Below are positions 25,843 through 32,000 of a stretch of 32,000 bases of DNA, in pieces (the first letter of the stretch is position 1; every line of letters starts with the position of its first letter). The notes under the pieces are model-generated. The model saw only the letters and a program-made list of their open reading frames with translations, was not told where the DNA came from and made no database searches. The stretch covers positions 90,001-122,000 of the forward strand of contig LYOS01000001.1 in assembly GCA_001766815.1 (NCBI GenBank), read 5' to 3'. The stretch is from Candidatus Syntropharchaeum caldarium. Its GTDB lineage: Archaea; Halobacteriota; Syntropharchaeia; Syntropharchaeales; Syntropharchaeaceae. The translations under genes were made by a program, and so were the position numbers.

Positions 25843-26237
25843 AAGCTATAGGTGTTAAAATTCCAAAAGCACTACCGACTGCTGCGAGGCTCTCCTGCGT
25901 AGATAATACAGGTGCAAGGGTGCTTGAGATAATTGCGGTGAAGAAATACAGAGGTGTGAAGAACCGCTATCCAAAGGCAGGTATTGGAGATATCGTAGTT
26001 GTCTCGGTCAAGAAGGGCACGCCGGCCATGCGAAAGCAGATCATGCACGCGGTCATCATACGACAGAAGAAAGAATTCAGGCGGGCTAATGGCGTACGAA
26101 TCAGTTTTGAGGACAATGCTGCAGTTATAACAGACGAGAAGGGCATGCCAAAGGGTACGGAGATAAAAGGTGCAGTTGCACGAGAGGTTGCAGCGCGATT
26201 CCCAAAAATTGGATCTGCAGCAGCGATTATTGTATAA
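25839..26237 (+). CDS. rpl14: 50S ribosomal protein L14 (uL14)
   Basis: 132 aa, with [22 protein letters not shown] and [10 protein letters not shown]. Confidence 0.95.
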   Translation: MKAIGVKIPKALPTAARLSCVDNTGARVLEIIAVKKYRGVKNRYPKAGIGDIVVVSVKKGTPAMRKQIMHAVIIRQKKEFRRANGVRISFEDNAAVITDEKGMPKGTEIKGAVAREVAARFPKIGSAAAIIV

Positions 26238-26260
26238 TAAATGAGAGTAGGATGATTCTA

Positions 26261-26620
26261 ATGGTATCAAAACAGCCACGAAAACAGCGAAAGGCGAGGT
26301 ATAATGCGCCGATGCATATTAAACGCAGATTTATGGGAGCGCACCTTTCTCCAGAGCTTAGAGAGACCTACAATCGACGATCTCTCCCTGTGAGAAAGGG
26401 TGATACCGTCAAACTCATGCGGGGTGCAAATAGAAACCACACAGGCACCGTTCGCATGGTCGATCTGAAACGCGGGAAGATCACGGTTGAGGGTCTCACG
26501 GTGACAAAGGCCGATCTAACAGAGGTCGCAAAACCGATAGAACCTTCAAACGTCATGATCACGAAACTCGATTTGAGCGATAAGGAACGTGTTGCAATAC
26601 TGGAGAGGAATAAGAGATGA
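26261..26620 (+). CDS. rpl24: 50S ribosomal protein L24 (uL24)
   Basis: The sequence is MVSKQPRKQRKARYNAPMHIKR...VRKGDTVKLMRG (KOW). The track start at 26252 adds MIL. Confidence 0.93.
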   Translation: MVSKQPRKQRKARYNAPMHIKRRFMGAHLSPELRETYNRRSLPVRKGDTVKLMRGANRNHTGTVRMVDLKRGKITVEGLTVTKADLTEVAKPIEPSNVMITKLDLSDKERVAILERNKR

Positions 26621-27345
26621 GCAGACATCAAAAGCGAGTTGCAGCTCCAAAAAATTGGAGGCTGACAAGAAAAACTAATAAATGGGTTGCAAACTCAGTC
26701 CCAGGGCCACATTCAAAAGAAACATCCATACCACTTATTCTTGTGGTACGTGACATGCTTAAACTTGCGGATAACACCCGTGAAACGAAGATAATCCTGA
26801 ATCAGGGACACATCCTTGTAAACGGGAAGGTAAGAAAGGATCATAGATTTCCAGTGGGATTATTTGATATAATCTCAATACCCGAAATGGGGGCACATTA
26901 CAGGCTACTAATCGATGAACACAGTAAACTATCACTCACAAGGATTAAAGAAGAAGATGCAAAGACAAAACTATGCAGGGTTGATAATAAAACCATTGTA
27001 AAAGGTGGAAAGACACAGCTCAACATGCACGATGGTAGAAACATTCTTTCAGAGGTTGATGTCAGGACATTTGATTCTGTTGTGCTCAGGCTGGATAACA
27101 ATGAGATAGAAGGGGTCTTCAAGCGCAGAAAAGGAAGTAAAGCGATGGTTATCGGTGGTAAGCACTCAGGTGAACTTGGTGAAATAGATAAGATTGAGAC
27201 GATTAGAAGCTCACGCCCGAACAGGGTCACCCTTAAAAAGCTCGATGATGGAACTCTATTTGAGACGATCGAGGATTACATCTTTGTTGTCGGCGAGGAG
27301 AAAGTGGAACTCGATCTTGAAGGAATTCAGGTGGAAGGGGCGTAA
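26617..27345 (+). CDS. rps4e: 30S ribosomal protein S4e (eS4)
   Basis: 242 aa beginning MSRHQKRVAAPKNWRL..K.NKWV, with a later VNGKVRKDHRFPVGLFD motif. Confidence 0.95.
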   Translation: MSRHQKRVAAPKNWRLTRKTNKWVANSVPGPHSKETSIPLILVVRDMLKLADNTRETKIILNQGHILVNGKVRKDHRFPVGLFDIISIPEMGAHYRLLIDEHSKLSLTRIKEEDAKTKLCRVDNKTIVKGGKTQLNMHDGRNILSEVDVRTFDSVVLRLDNNEIEGVFKRRKGSKAMVIGGKHSGELGEIDKIETIRSSRPNRVTLKKLDDGTLFETIEDYIFVVGEEKVELDLEGIQVEGA

Positions 27346-27347
27346 GA

Positions 27348-27866
27348 ATGGAAAACGTGATGCAGGAAGTTCTTATCGATAAACTCGTTGTGAATATGGG
27401 TGTTGGCGAGAGTGGGATTCGCCTCAACAACGGAGAGAAGATACTCAAAGAGATCACGGGGCAGACGCCAGTCAGGACGATCTCAAAGAGGACGAGGCAA
27501 CCATTCAACATAAAGAAGGGTGAATCGATTGGATGCAAGGTTACACTCAGGAAAGAGCGGGCTGAAAACTTTTTGAGGAACGCACTTGCCATCCATGAAA
27601 ATATGATCTCCGATTACCAGTTCGATGAGACCGGTGGCTTTTCATTTGGAATAGAGGAACATACCGATTTTGAAGGAATGGAGTATGATCCTGATATCGG
27701 AATATTTGGCATGGATGTTTCTGTATCTCTTAGAAGAAGAGGTTACAGGGTTGCAAGGCGTAAACAGAACCGCAGAAAGATTCCAGCAAGACATAAAGTT
27801 ACGCGGGAAGATGCAATGAAATTCCTTGAAGATGTCTTTGGTGTCACGATCGTTGAATGGGAGTGA
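27348..27866 (+). CDS. rpl5: 50S ribosomal protein L5 (uL5)
   Basis: 172 aa, with IDKLVVNMGVGESG, GCKVTLR and FGIEEHTDF. Confidence 0.95.
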   Translation: MENVMQEVLIDKLVVNMGVGESGIRLNNGEKILKEITGQTPVRTISKRTRQPFNIKKGESIGCKVTLRKERAENFLRNALAIHENMISDYQFDETGGFSFGIEEHTDFEGMEYDPDIGIFGMDVSVSLRRRGYRVARRKQNRRKIPARHKVTREDAMKFLEDVFGVTIVEWE

Positions 27867-28474
27867 TCTACCATACAGCCTCTTCTGGTGAGGGGCCTGT
27901 TAAACTCTTTGTGGGTGGACTGCACGGGAGAGAGGGGGATTACACAGCGCCAATCCTTGAAGAGCTTGCATTATCTGCAGAGAATGATGTATTCAGTGAA
28001 CTTTCAATCATAGTTCCAAGAATTACCAGAAGCAGCAGATACCTGCATGTCCTTTCTGAAAAGTATTACCAGAGCATCGAAGGTCAGCGACTTGTTCATT
28101 TCATCGAGAAATACAAACCCTCCTTCTATTGTGAACTGCATGCATATGGGAAAGAATCGTATTTTATGCTGGTAAGTCCTGAAAGAGAGAAACAGCAGGG
28201 CGTTCCACCGTTTGTAGATCTCAAAGATGGGGTACTGCTGGGCTCCATCGCACCCATATTGAGACGCAGGTTTGGCCGTAACGACCTCTGTATAACCATC
28301 GAGATCCCAAACTGGAAGACTGACGAGGTACGTGAGATGGTTCTGGAACTTCTGAGGATTGTGCTTGGTGGAAAAACGAAAGAAGGTACGATAGAAGCAT
28401 TAAGGAGATTATATCCACGTCAGATCGAGATCGCCCGATCGCTCTTTCACAGATACCTGCAGTCAGGTCAATAA
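27857..28474 (+). CDS. Uncharacterised archaeal protein (DUF2119-like); possible M14/AstE-like zinc hydrolase fold
   Basis: The sequence reads VKLFVGGLHGREGDYT ... CELHAYG, an H-x-x-E ... H arrangement like zinc carboxypeptidase/deacylase ligands. The ATG overlaps the rpl5 3' end by 10 nt. The family assignment is from memory. Confidence 0.5.
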   Translation: MGVIYHTASSGEGPVKLFVGGLHGREGDYTAPILEELALSAENDVFSELSIIVPRITRSSRYLHVLSEKYYQSIEGQRLVHFIEKYKPSFYCELHAYGKESYFMLVSPEREKQQGVPPFVDLKDGVLLGSIAPILRRRFGRNDLCITIEIPNWKTDEVREMVLELLRIVLGGKTKEGTIEALRRLYPRQIEIARSLFHRYLQSGQ

Positions 28475-28504
28475 GGTACGAAACAGATGATGTAACCCAA
28501 AGAG

Positions 28505-28512
28505 TTTATACA
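28505..28512 (+). promoter_or_regulatory. TATA box for the CooT-like gene (leaderless)
   Basis: 'tttataca' is centred about 28 nt upstream of the ATG at 28536. Confidence 0.35.
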
Positions 28513-28535
28513 TAGTTCTGAATAGACATAGTATT

Positions 28536-28721
28536 ATGTGTGAGTCAACCATCATACTTGAGCATAACGGTCATCGGAAGACTATAATGGAAGAGGTCGT
28601 ACAGATCATCGTCGATGGTGAGAAGATCCAGCTATTTGGTATACTCGGTGAACGAAAAGAGGTATCGGGAGTTATAAAAGAAGTGAATCTCAATCGACAT
28701 GAGGTTATAATCTCAGATTAA
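28536..28721 (+). CDS. CooT-family small nickel-binding/beta-barrel protein
   Basis: 61 aa with the sequence MCESTIILE...IMEEVVQIIVDGEKIQLFGILGERKEVSGVIKEVNLNRHEVII. The Met-Cys N-terminus and overall pattern match the CooT family. Confidence 0.65.
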   Translation: MCESTIILEHNGHRKTIMEEVVQIIVDGEKIQLFGILGERKEVSGVIKEVNLNRHEVIISD

Positions 28722-28979
28722 GCCTACTTCAACCACCTGAACGCTCTCGACACCTTCAACTTCCGCAAAAGCGGTCTCGATACTCTCTGTACCACCTTCA
28801 CTATCTGGAAGAATAAGCGTGAGCATCAGCGCTTTAAGGCCGAATGCGATCGGCTCCTCTTTATATCCATGTAATACGACGTTTTCAGGCAACGCCGCCT
28901 CAAGCATATCCTTCAGATGCATGAGGTCGGTCTCGATACTCTCTGGCATGACTTTTATAACTGCTGCTACGTCTCCCAT
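28713..28979 (-). CDS. Translation elongation factor aEF-1 beta
   Basis: The sequence is MGDVAAVIKVMPESIETDLMHLKDMLEAALPENVVLHGYKEEPIAFGLKALMLTLILPDSEGG...VQVVEV. A GGAGGT SD precedes the ATG at 28979. The track start at 29066 runs through the upstream Zn-ribbon gene in another frame. Confidence 0.9.
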   Translation of the reverse strand: MGDVAAVIKVMPESIETDLMHLKDMLEAALPENVVLHGYKEEPIAFGLKALMLTLILPDSEGGTESIETAFAEVEGVESVQVVEVGLI

Positions 28980-28980
28980 C

Positions 28981-29157
28981 CTAAGGACCTCCAAATCCAC
29001 ACGCTGGACACACATACGGATTCCCCTGCTTTCTGCATGAGACACATCGCCCGATTCCTTCGCCACACTCGGGGCAGGGAAATCTCACATAGCCTCGCTC
29101 AACAAGTCTTATGTTGCAGGTCATACAGTTCTCGATATGCATAAATTTATCACGCAT
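28981..29157 (-). CDS. Zn-ribbon protein (COG2888-type, usual partner of aEF-1beta)
   Basis: Not in the ORF track (58 aa). My translation gives [58 protein letters not shown], which contains four CxxC pairs. The stop TAG at 28983..28981 lies directly before the aEF-1beta ATG. Confidence 0.8.
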   Translation of the reverse strand: MRDKFMHIENCMTCNIRLVERGYVRFPCPECGEGIGRCVSCRKQGNPYVCPACGFGGP

Positions 29158-29186
29158 TGAATTTACCTCAAGCTTTCATTGCTACA

Positions 29187-30086
29187 CTATGATATAAAAT
29201 CTTCTTTTCGGTGATGCGACGTGGGTGAGGATAAATACAGCGACCTTACATCCAGAACGTCTTTTTTCATCTTCATCGCCTTCTCGCTCCCGATCAAAAG
29301 TGATGCCGACCGCGCCATACACTCAGCGAGTTCAATCATGTTGTCGAGTGCGAGCGTATCTGGATTCACACCAATATGATCCTCCAGCTGACACCTCACA
29401 AACTGTTCTGCGTTCTCCATATATTTATCAGCGATTCTGAGAACCTCTTCATAGATATCAACTTCAAGAAAAGCAGGATTCGCATCAACAGGTCCTGGTT
29501 TTCCAATTCTTGATTCAATCACAGTATTTTCAGGCTTATCAGCCATGACCAGACCATTCTTCCATTTCTGCCACTCTTGTGCCATCTCTTTGAGTTCCCT
29601 CATCTCTTTGATCTCCTCTTCGTCGAAACTCTCTGTAATCGCCTCGGTAAAATCAGTCGAACTCTTCTCGTTCTCTTCAATCTCCTTTACCAGAAACTTA
29701 CCGTTCCATCTTGACCCAGTCTTTGAGCCGGGAGTGGCTGTTAAAAGCTGTATCTTACCGTCTTCTCCTGCACCATCAGGGCGCACAATCTCTATCTTAT
29801 GTTCTGTATTACATTGAACCCGCTTATGATCAAAGGTCTCAACGAGTGCATCATTGATATAGATCTCAAAGTGTACATCAGCAAGCTTGAAGATCTCAGA
29901 ACCGATGCAGATCCTGCATAGAAGCGGCTCATCTGCAGTAACCACATCATCCACCATCTGCACGCTGATATCAAAATCCTCGAACCGATTTGACTCACTC
30001 TCACCACATTCAACAGATTTTTCCACTTCAAATATGTTGAATGCTTCATCCACATGGCTCAGGTATCTTTCAAGTTCACCTTTCAT
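29187..30086 (-). CDS. Hypothetical acidic protein (299 aa), no family recognised
   Basis: This is a long ORF with coding-like composition. It has a beta-rich N-terminal half, an acidic Glu-rich linker (DEEEIKEMRELKEMAQEW) and a helical C-terminal half. It lies 19 nt downstream of the membrane-protein gene on the same strand. Confidence 0.6.
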   Translation of the reverse strand: MKGELERYLSHVDEAFNIFEVEKSVECGESESNRFEDFDISVQMVDDVVTADEPLLCRICIGSEIFKLADVHFEIYINDALVETFDHKRVQCNTEHKIEIVRPDGAGEDGKIQLLTATPGSKTGSRWNGKFLVKEIEENEKSSTDFTEAITESFDEEEIKEMRELKEMAQEWQKWKNGLVMADKPENTVIESRIGKPGPVDANPAFLEVDIYEEVLRIADKYMENAEQFVRCQLEDHIGVNPDTLALDNMIELAECMARSASLLIGSEKAMKMKKDVLDVRSLYLSSPTSHHRKEDFIS

Positions 30087-30105
30087 CTTGTTTAAGCCGC
30101 CTTTT

Positions 30106-30507
30106 TTACTTTAAGAGTTTGCTCCATTTATAAAATGTGATCAGCATCAGGAAGTATGCTATCAGCGTAACAACCAGATCAATATCATGGAGGTTTGGAC
30201 CGATGTTACGATATACAAAACCAATGATATGTGCGAATAGCTTGAGCAGCGATAGAATTGCGAGAAGTCCCATTCCCACCACAAAAAATATAAATGTCTG
30301 AATCTGGCCGGTTGCTTTCATCGATTTGTATGTGATGTACATGATTGCGATTGTAATCTGTGCGATGATAAAATGCAACAGCGCAGATCCCGCATGTCCA
30401 ATTCGTGTATGAATTATCTCCTGTGCCATGGCCACGGGAAGTCCGGCAAAGATCAGGATGCCAATCACCACCGCGGCTATTATGGCTCTATTCTCCCCCA
30501 CTTTCAC
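30106..30507 (-). CDS. Hypothetical 4-TM membrane protein (133 aa)
   Basis: GTG start at 30507. It has four hydrophobic segments and His-rich loop residues (HTRIGHAGSALLH). A TATA element lies about 28 nt upstream. Confidence 0.6.
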   Translation of the reverse strand: MKVGENRAIIAAVVIGILIFAGLPVAMAQEIIHTRIGHAGSALLHFIIAQITIAIMYITYKSMKATGQIQTFIFFVVGMGLLAILSLLKLFAHIIGFVYRNIGPNLHDIDLVVTLIAYFLMLITFYKWSKLLK

Positions 30508-30530
30508 ATTAATCTATTTGTATTAGATTG

Positions 30531-30539
30531 TATATAAAA
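30531..30539 (-). promoter_or_regulatory. TATA box for the membrane-protein/acidic-protein unit (leaderless)
   Basis: The minus strand reads 'ttttatata' centred about 28 nt upstream of the GTG at 30507. Confidence 0.4.
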
Positions 30540-30627
30540 TTTGATGATGGGATACCCGTCTTCTCCTGTAATTTCCAATATTCCCAAATAATTAGGCACT
30601 AGAAAAATAAATTACCTCATAAACTCT

Positions 30628-30644
30628 CTTTTTCCAGGAAAAAG
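30628..30644. repeat. 17-nt perfect palindrome ctttttcc-a-ggaaaaag
   Basis: Read directly from the sequence. It lies in the AT-rich spacer upstream of the transposase gene. Confidence 0.4.
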
Positions 30645-30695
30645 CAAGTATTGTATTACGGAAAATATTTATATTATAATGCCTAATTGACCATT

Positions 30696-32000
30696 ATGAG
30701 CTTCATCAGATACAAGAAGTTCGGGAACAAAGAATATGCTTACGAGGTAACATCTTACTGGGATCCTGAAAAGAAGAAGCCGAGGCAGAAAACAAAGTAT
30801 CTGGGAGTTGTTGTTGACAAGGAGAAGAAAATATTCAAGAAAAAGAGGAGAGAGAAGTTAATTCTAGATTTTGGTGATACTTATTTTCTCAACCAGTTCA
30901 TTAATAGAGTAACATTCTTTGAGAACATTAAAAAAGATATGTTTCTTGCACTCATCTTCTACCGATTGTGTTATCCATCTGCAATGAGGTATGCAAGGAT
31001 GTGGTATGATGGCAACATAGTCAGGAAGTTCTTTGATGTTGATATAAGTTCACAAAGAATAAGTGAATTTCTTGAGGAGATTGGTGATGAAAGCATCCAG
31101 AGGGAATTCTTCAAAGAATACATCAGACAGATAACACCCTCAGAAGGAATAGTAATTGATACAACTGCTCTTCCAAACCAGATAAATATCCCAACATCAG
31201 CATGGGGATGGCATAACGAGGAAATAGAGAAACAAATCAAGTTGTTGCTTGTTATTGACAGGAGTACATCACTTCCTTTGTTTTTCAGGTATATTGCAGG
31301 TAATATTGTTGATGTGTCAACCCTCAAGGCAACTGTGGAGGAGTTAAAGAAGTATGGTGTATCAAGATACTTCGTCATTCTTGATGCAGGATTCTTCTCT
31401 GAAGAGAATATAAAGGAGCTTTACAATGAGGAAATACAGTTCCTGATAAGGCTACCCTCCTTAAGGAAGCTGTACAAGAGGCTTATTGTTGAGGAATCCA
31501 GAGAGTTAGAGAGTTACAGGAATGCTGTAAGGTATGGGAGAAGAGTACTGTTTGTAAAGCAAAGAGAAGTTGAGTTATTTGGTAAAAGAGTTTATGCTTA
31601 TGTTGTACTTGATCCTGAAAGAAAGGGAAGAGAGATGAGAAGAACTCTGCTTAAGGTAATGGATGAGATTGAAGAGGGCGAGGAAGAGGAGATGGAATAC
31701 ATTTTGATGAAGAAAGGGATAATGATTCTCATTTCCTCTTCTGAACTGGATAGAGAGAATGTAATATCTTTGTATTACACAAGACAGATTGCAGAAAAGC
31801 TGTTTGGCTTTTCGAAGGATGATCTGAACCTGCTTCCTTTGAGAGTGCATAAGGAAGAGACGCTGAGGGGCTACCTGTTTCTGCAGTTCGCTTCACTTGT
31901 TGTTTATTCACTGCTGAAGAGAGAATTAGGGAGAGATTACACTGTGGAGGAGATTCTGCTCACCTTAAGGAATCTGAAGTGTAAGGTGTATGAGGATGAG
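30696..32000 (+). CDS. DDE transposase, IS4 superfamily (IS1634-like), C-terminally truncated by the window edge
   Basis: My translation is open for 435 codons: MSFIRYKKFGNKEYAYEVTSYWDPEKKKPRQKTKYLGVV...VIDTTAL...FVILDAGFFS...YYTRQIAEKLFGFSKDDL. The last motif fits the IS4 Y-(2)-R-(3)-E-(6)-K signature, and the two candidate catalytic Asp residues are in IDTT and ILDAG. An AT-rich TATA (30665-30679) lies about 24 nt upstream. Confidence 0.8.
   Translation, partial: MSFIRYKKFGNKEYAYEVTSYWDPEKKKPRQKTKYLGVVVDKEKKIFKKKRREKLILDFGDTYFLNQFINRVTFFENIKKDMFLALIFYRLCYPSAMRYARMWYDGNIVRKFFDVDISSQRISEFLEEIGDESIQREFFKEYIRQITPSEGIVIDTTALPNQINIPTSAWGWHNEEIEKQIKLLLVIDRSTSLPLFFRYIAGNIVDVSTLKATVEELKKYGVSRYFVILDAGFFSEENIKELYNEEIQFLIRLPSLRKLYKRLIVEESRELESYRNAVRYGRRVLFVKQREVELFGKRVYAYVVLDPERKGREMRRTLLKVMDEIEEGEEEEMEYILMKKGIMILISSSELDRENVISLYYTRQIAEKLFGFSKDDLNLLPLRVHKEETLRGYLFLQFASLVVYSLLKRELGRDYTVEEILLTLRNLKCKVYEDE

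Larger units (their letters stand above)
30590..32000 (+). mobile_element. IS4-superfamily (IS1634-like) insertion sequence; left boundary unresolved, right part beyond the window
   Basis: GC drops abruptly to about 35-38% by eye. The element contains a DDE transposase gene. The terminal inverted repeat cannot be defined without the right end. Confidence 0.6.

Noticed and set aside
28487-28520. C-box-like ATGATGT and D-box CTGA in the spacer before the CooT-like gene (possible C/D box sRNA)
   Set aside because: The boxes are only about 23 nt apart, no C'/D' pair or terminal stem is present, and the C box deviates from RUGAUGA. The region is better explained as the promoter (TATA at 28505-28512).
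30590-30688. 9-nt inverted repeat aattaggca / tgcctaatt as the terminal inverted repeat of the IS
   Set aside because: Both copies lie on the same side of the transposase gene, 81 nt apart. A 9-mer match in about 35% GC sequence is weak. A true IR assignment needs the right end, which is outside the window.
1-32000. Looked for CRISPR arrays, rRNA genes, in-frame TAG/TGA recoding (Pyl/Sec), and defence or toxin-antitoxin modules
   Set aside because: No direct-repeat/spacer periodicity was seen. No rRNA-like stretch is present. All conserved genes read through without internal stops. No nuclease, ATPase, restriction-enzyme, Cas or TA-like proteins are recognisable among the ORFs.

Overview
This is a densely coding archaeal chromosomal segment. 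It looks euryarchaeal and methanogen- or Methanosarcinales-like, judging from archaeal r-proteins (L18e, S4e, S17e), RpoN/RpoK, aEF-1beta, an RNase P Rpp29 subunit, an FrhB-family F420 protein, and TATA/BRE-type promoters. GC is roughly 45-50% by eye.

Most of the window is housekeeping:
- An rpl18e-rpl13-rps9-rpoN-tRNAPro-rpoK-eno block on the minus strand.
- hisD, a stand-alone ACT protein plus hom, and a dCMP deaminase.
- A tightly coupled six-gene operon of an FrhB-like protein, porGDAB and an EhaR-like protein.
- sppA, and a glucosyl/mannosyl-glycerate-type compatible-solute island (HAD-IIB phosphatase, orphan protein, GH15-like hydrolase, GT81-like synthase).
- ccdA with a thioredoxin-like partner, thiI, rlmE and a flavoredoxin-like protein.
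- rps17e-dapA-dapB, and argC with a radical-SAM gene.
- A truncated r-protein cluster (rnp1-rps17-rpl14-rpl24-rps4e-rpl5).
- A CooT-like gene, aEF-1beta with a Zn-ribbon gene, two orphan genes, and the 5' part of a low-GC IS4/IS1634-like insertion sequence that runs off the right edge.

Three real genes are missing from the ORF track. rpoK and the Zn-ribbon gene are under 60 aa, and the left-edge kinase-like gene is partial. Several track ORFs are N-terminally over-extended.

I see no CRISPR array, no rRNA and no recognisable defence or toxin system. The best candidates for something undescribed are:
- A wHTH::TiaS-kinase-domain-like fusion protein, translationally coupled to the dCMP deaminase.
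- The FrhB-like/POR/EhaR-like operon.
- The GH15 hydrolase and orphan protein inside the compatible-solute island.
- The orphan membrane/acidic protein pair next to the IS.

All functional calls come from reading translations and recalling family motifs. No searches were run.
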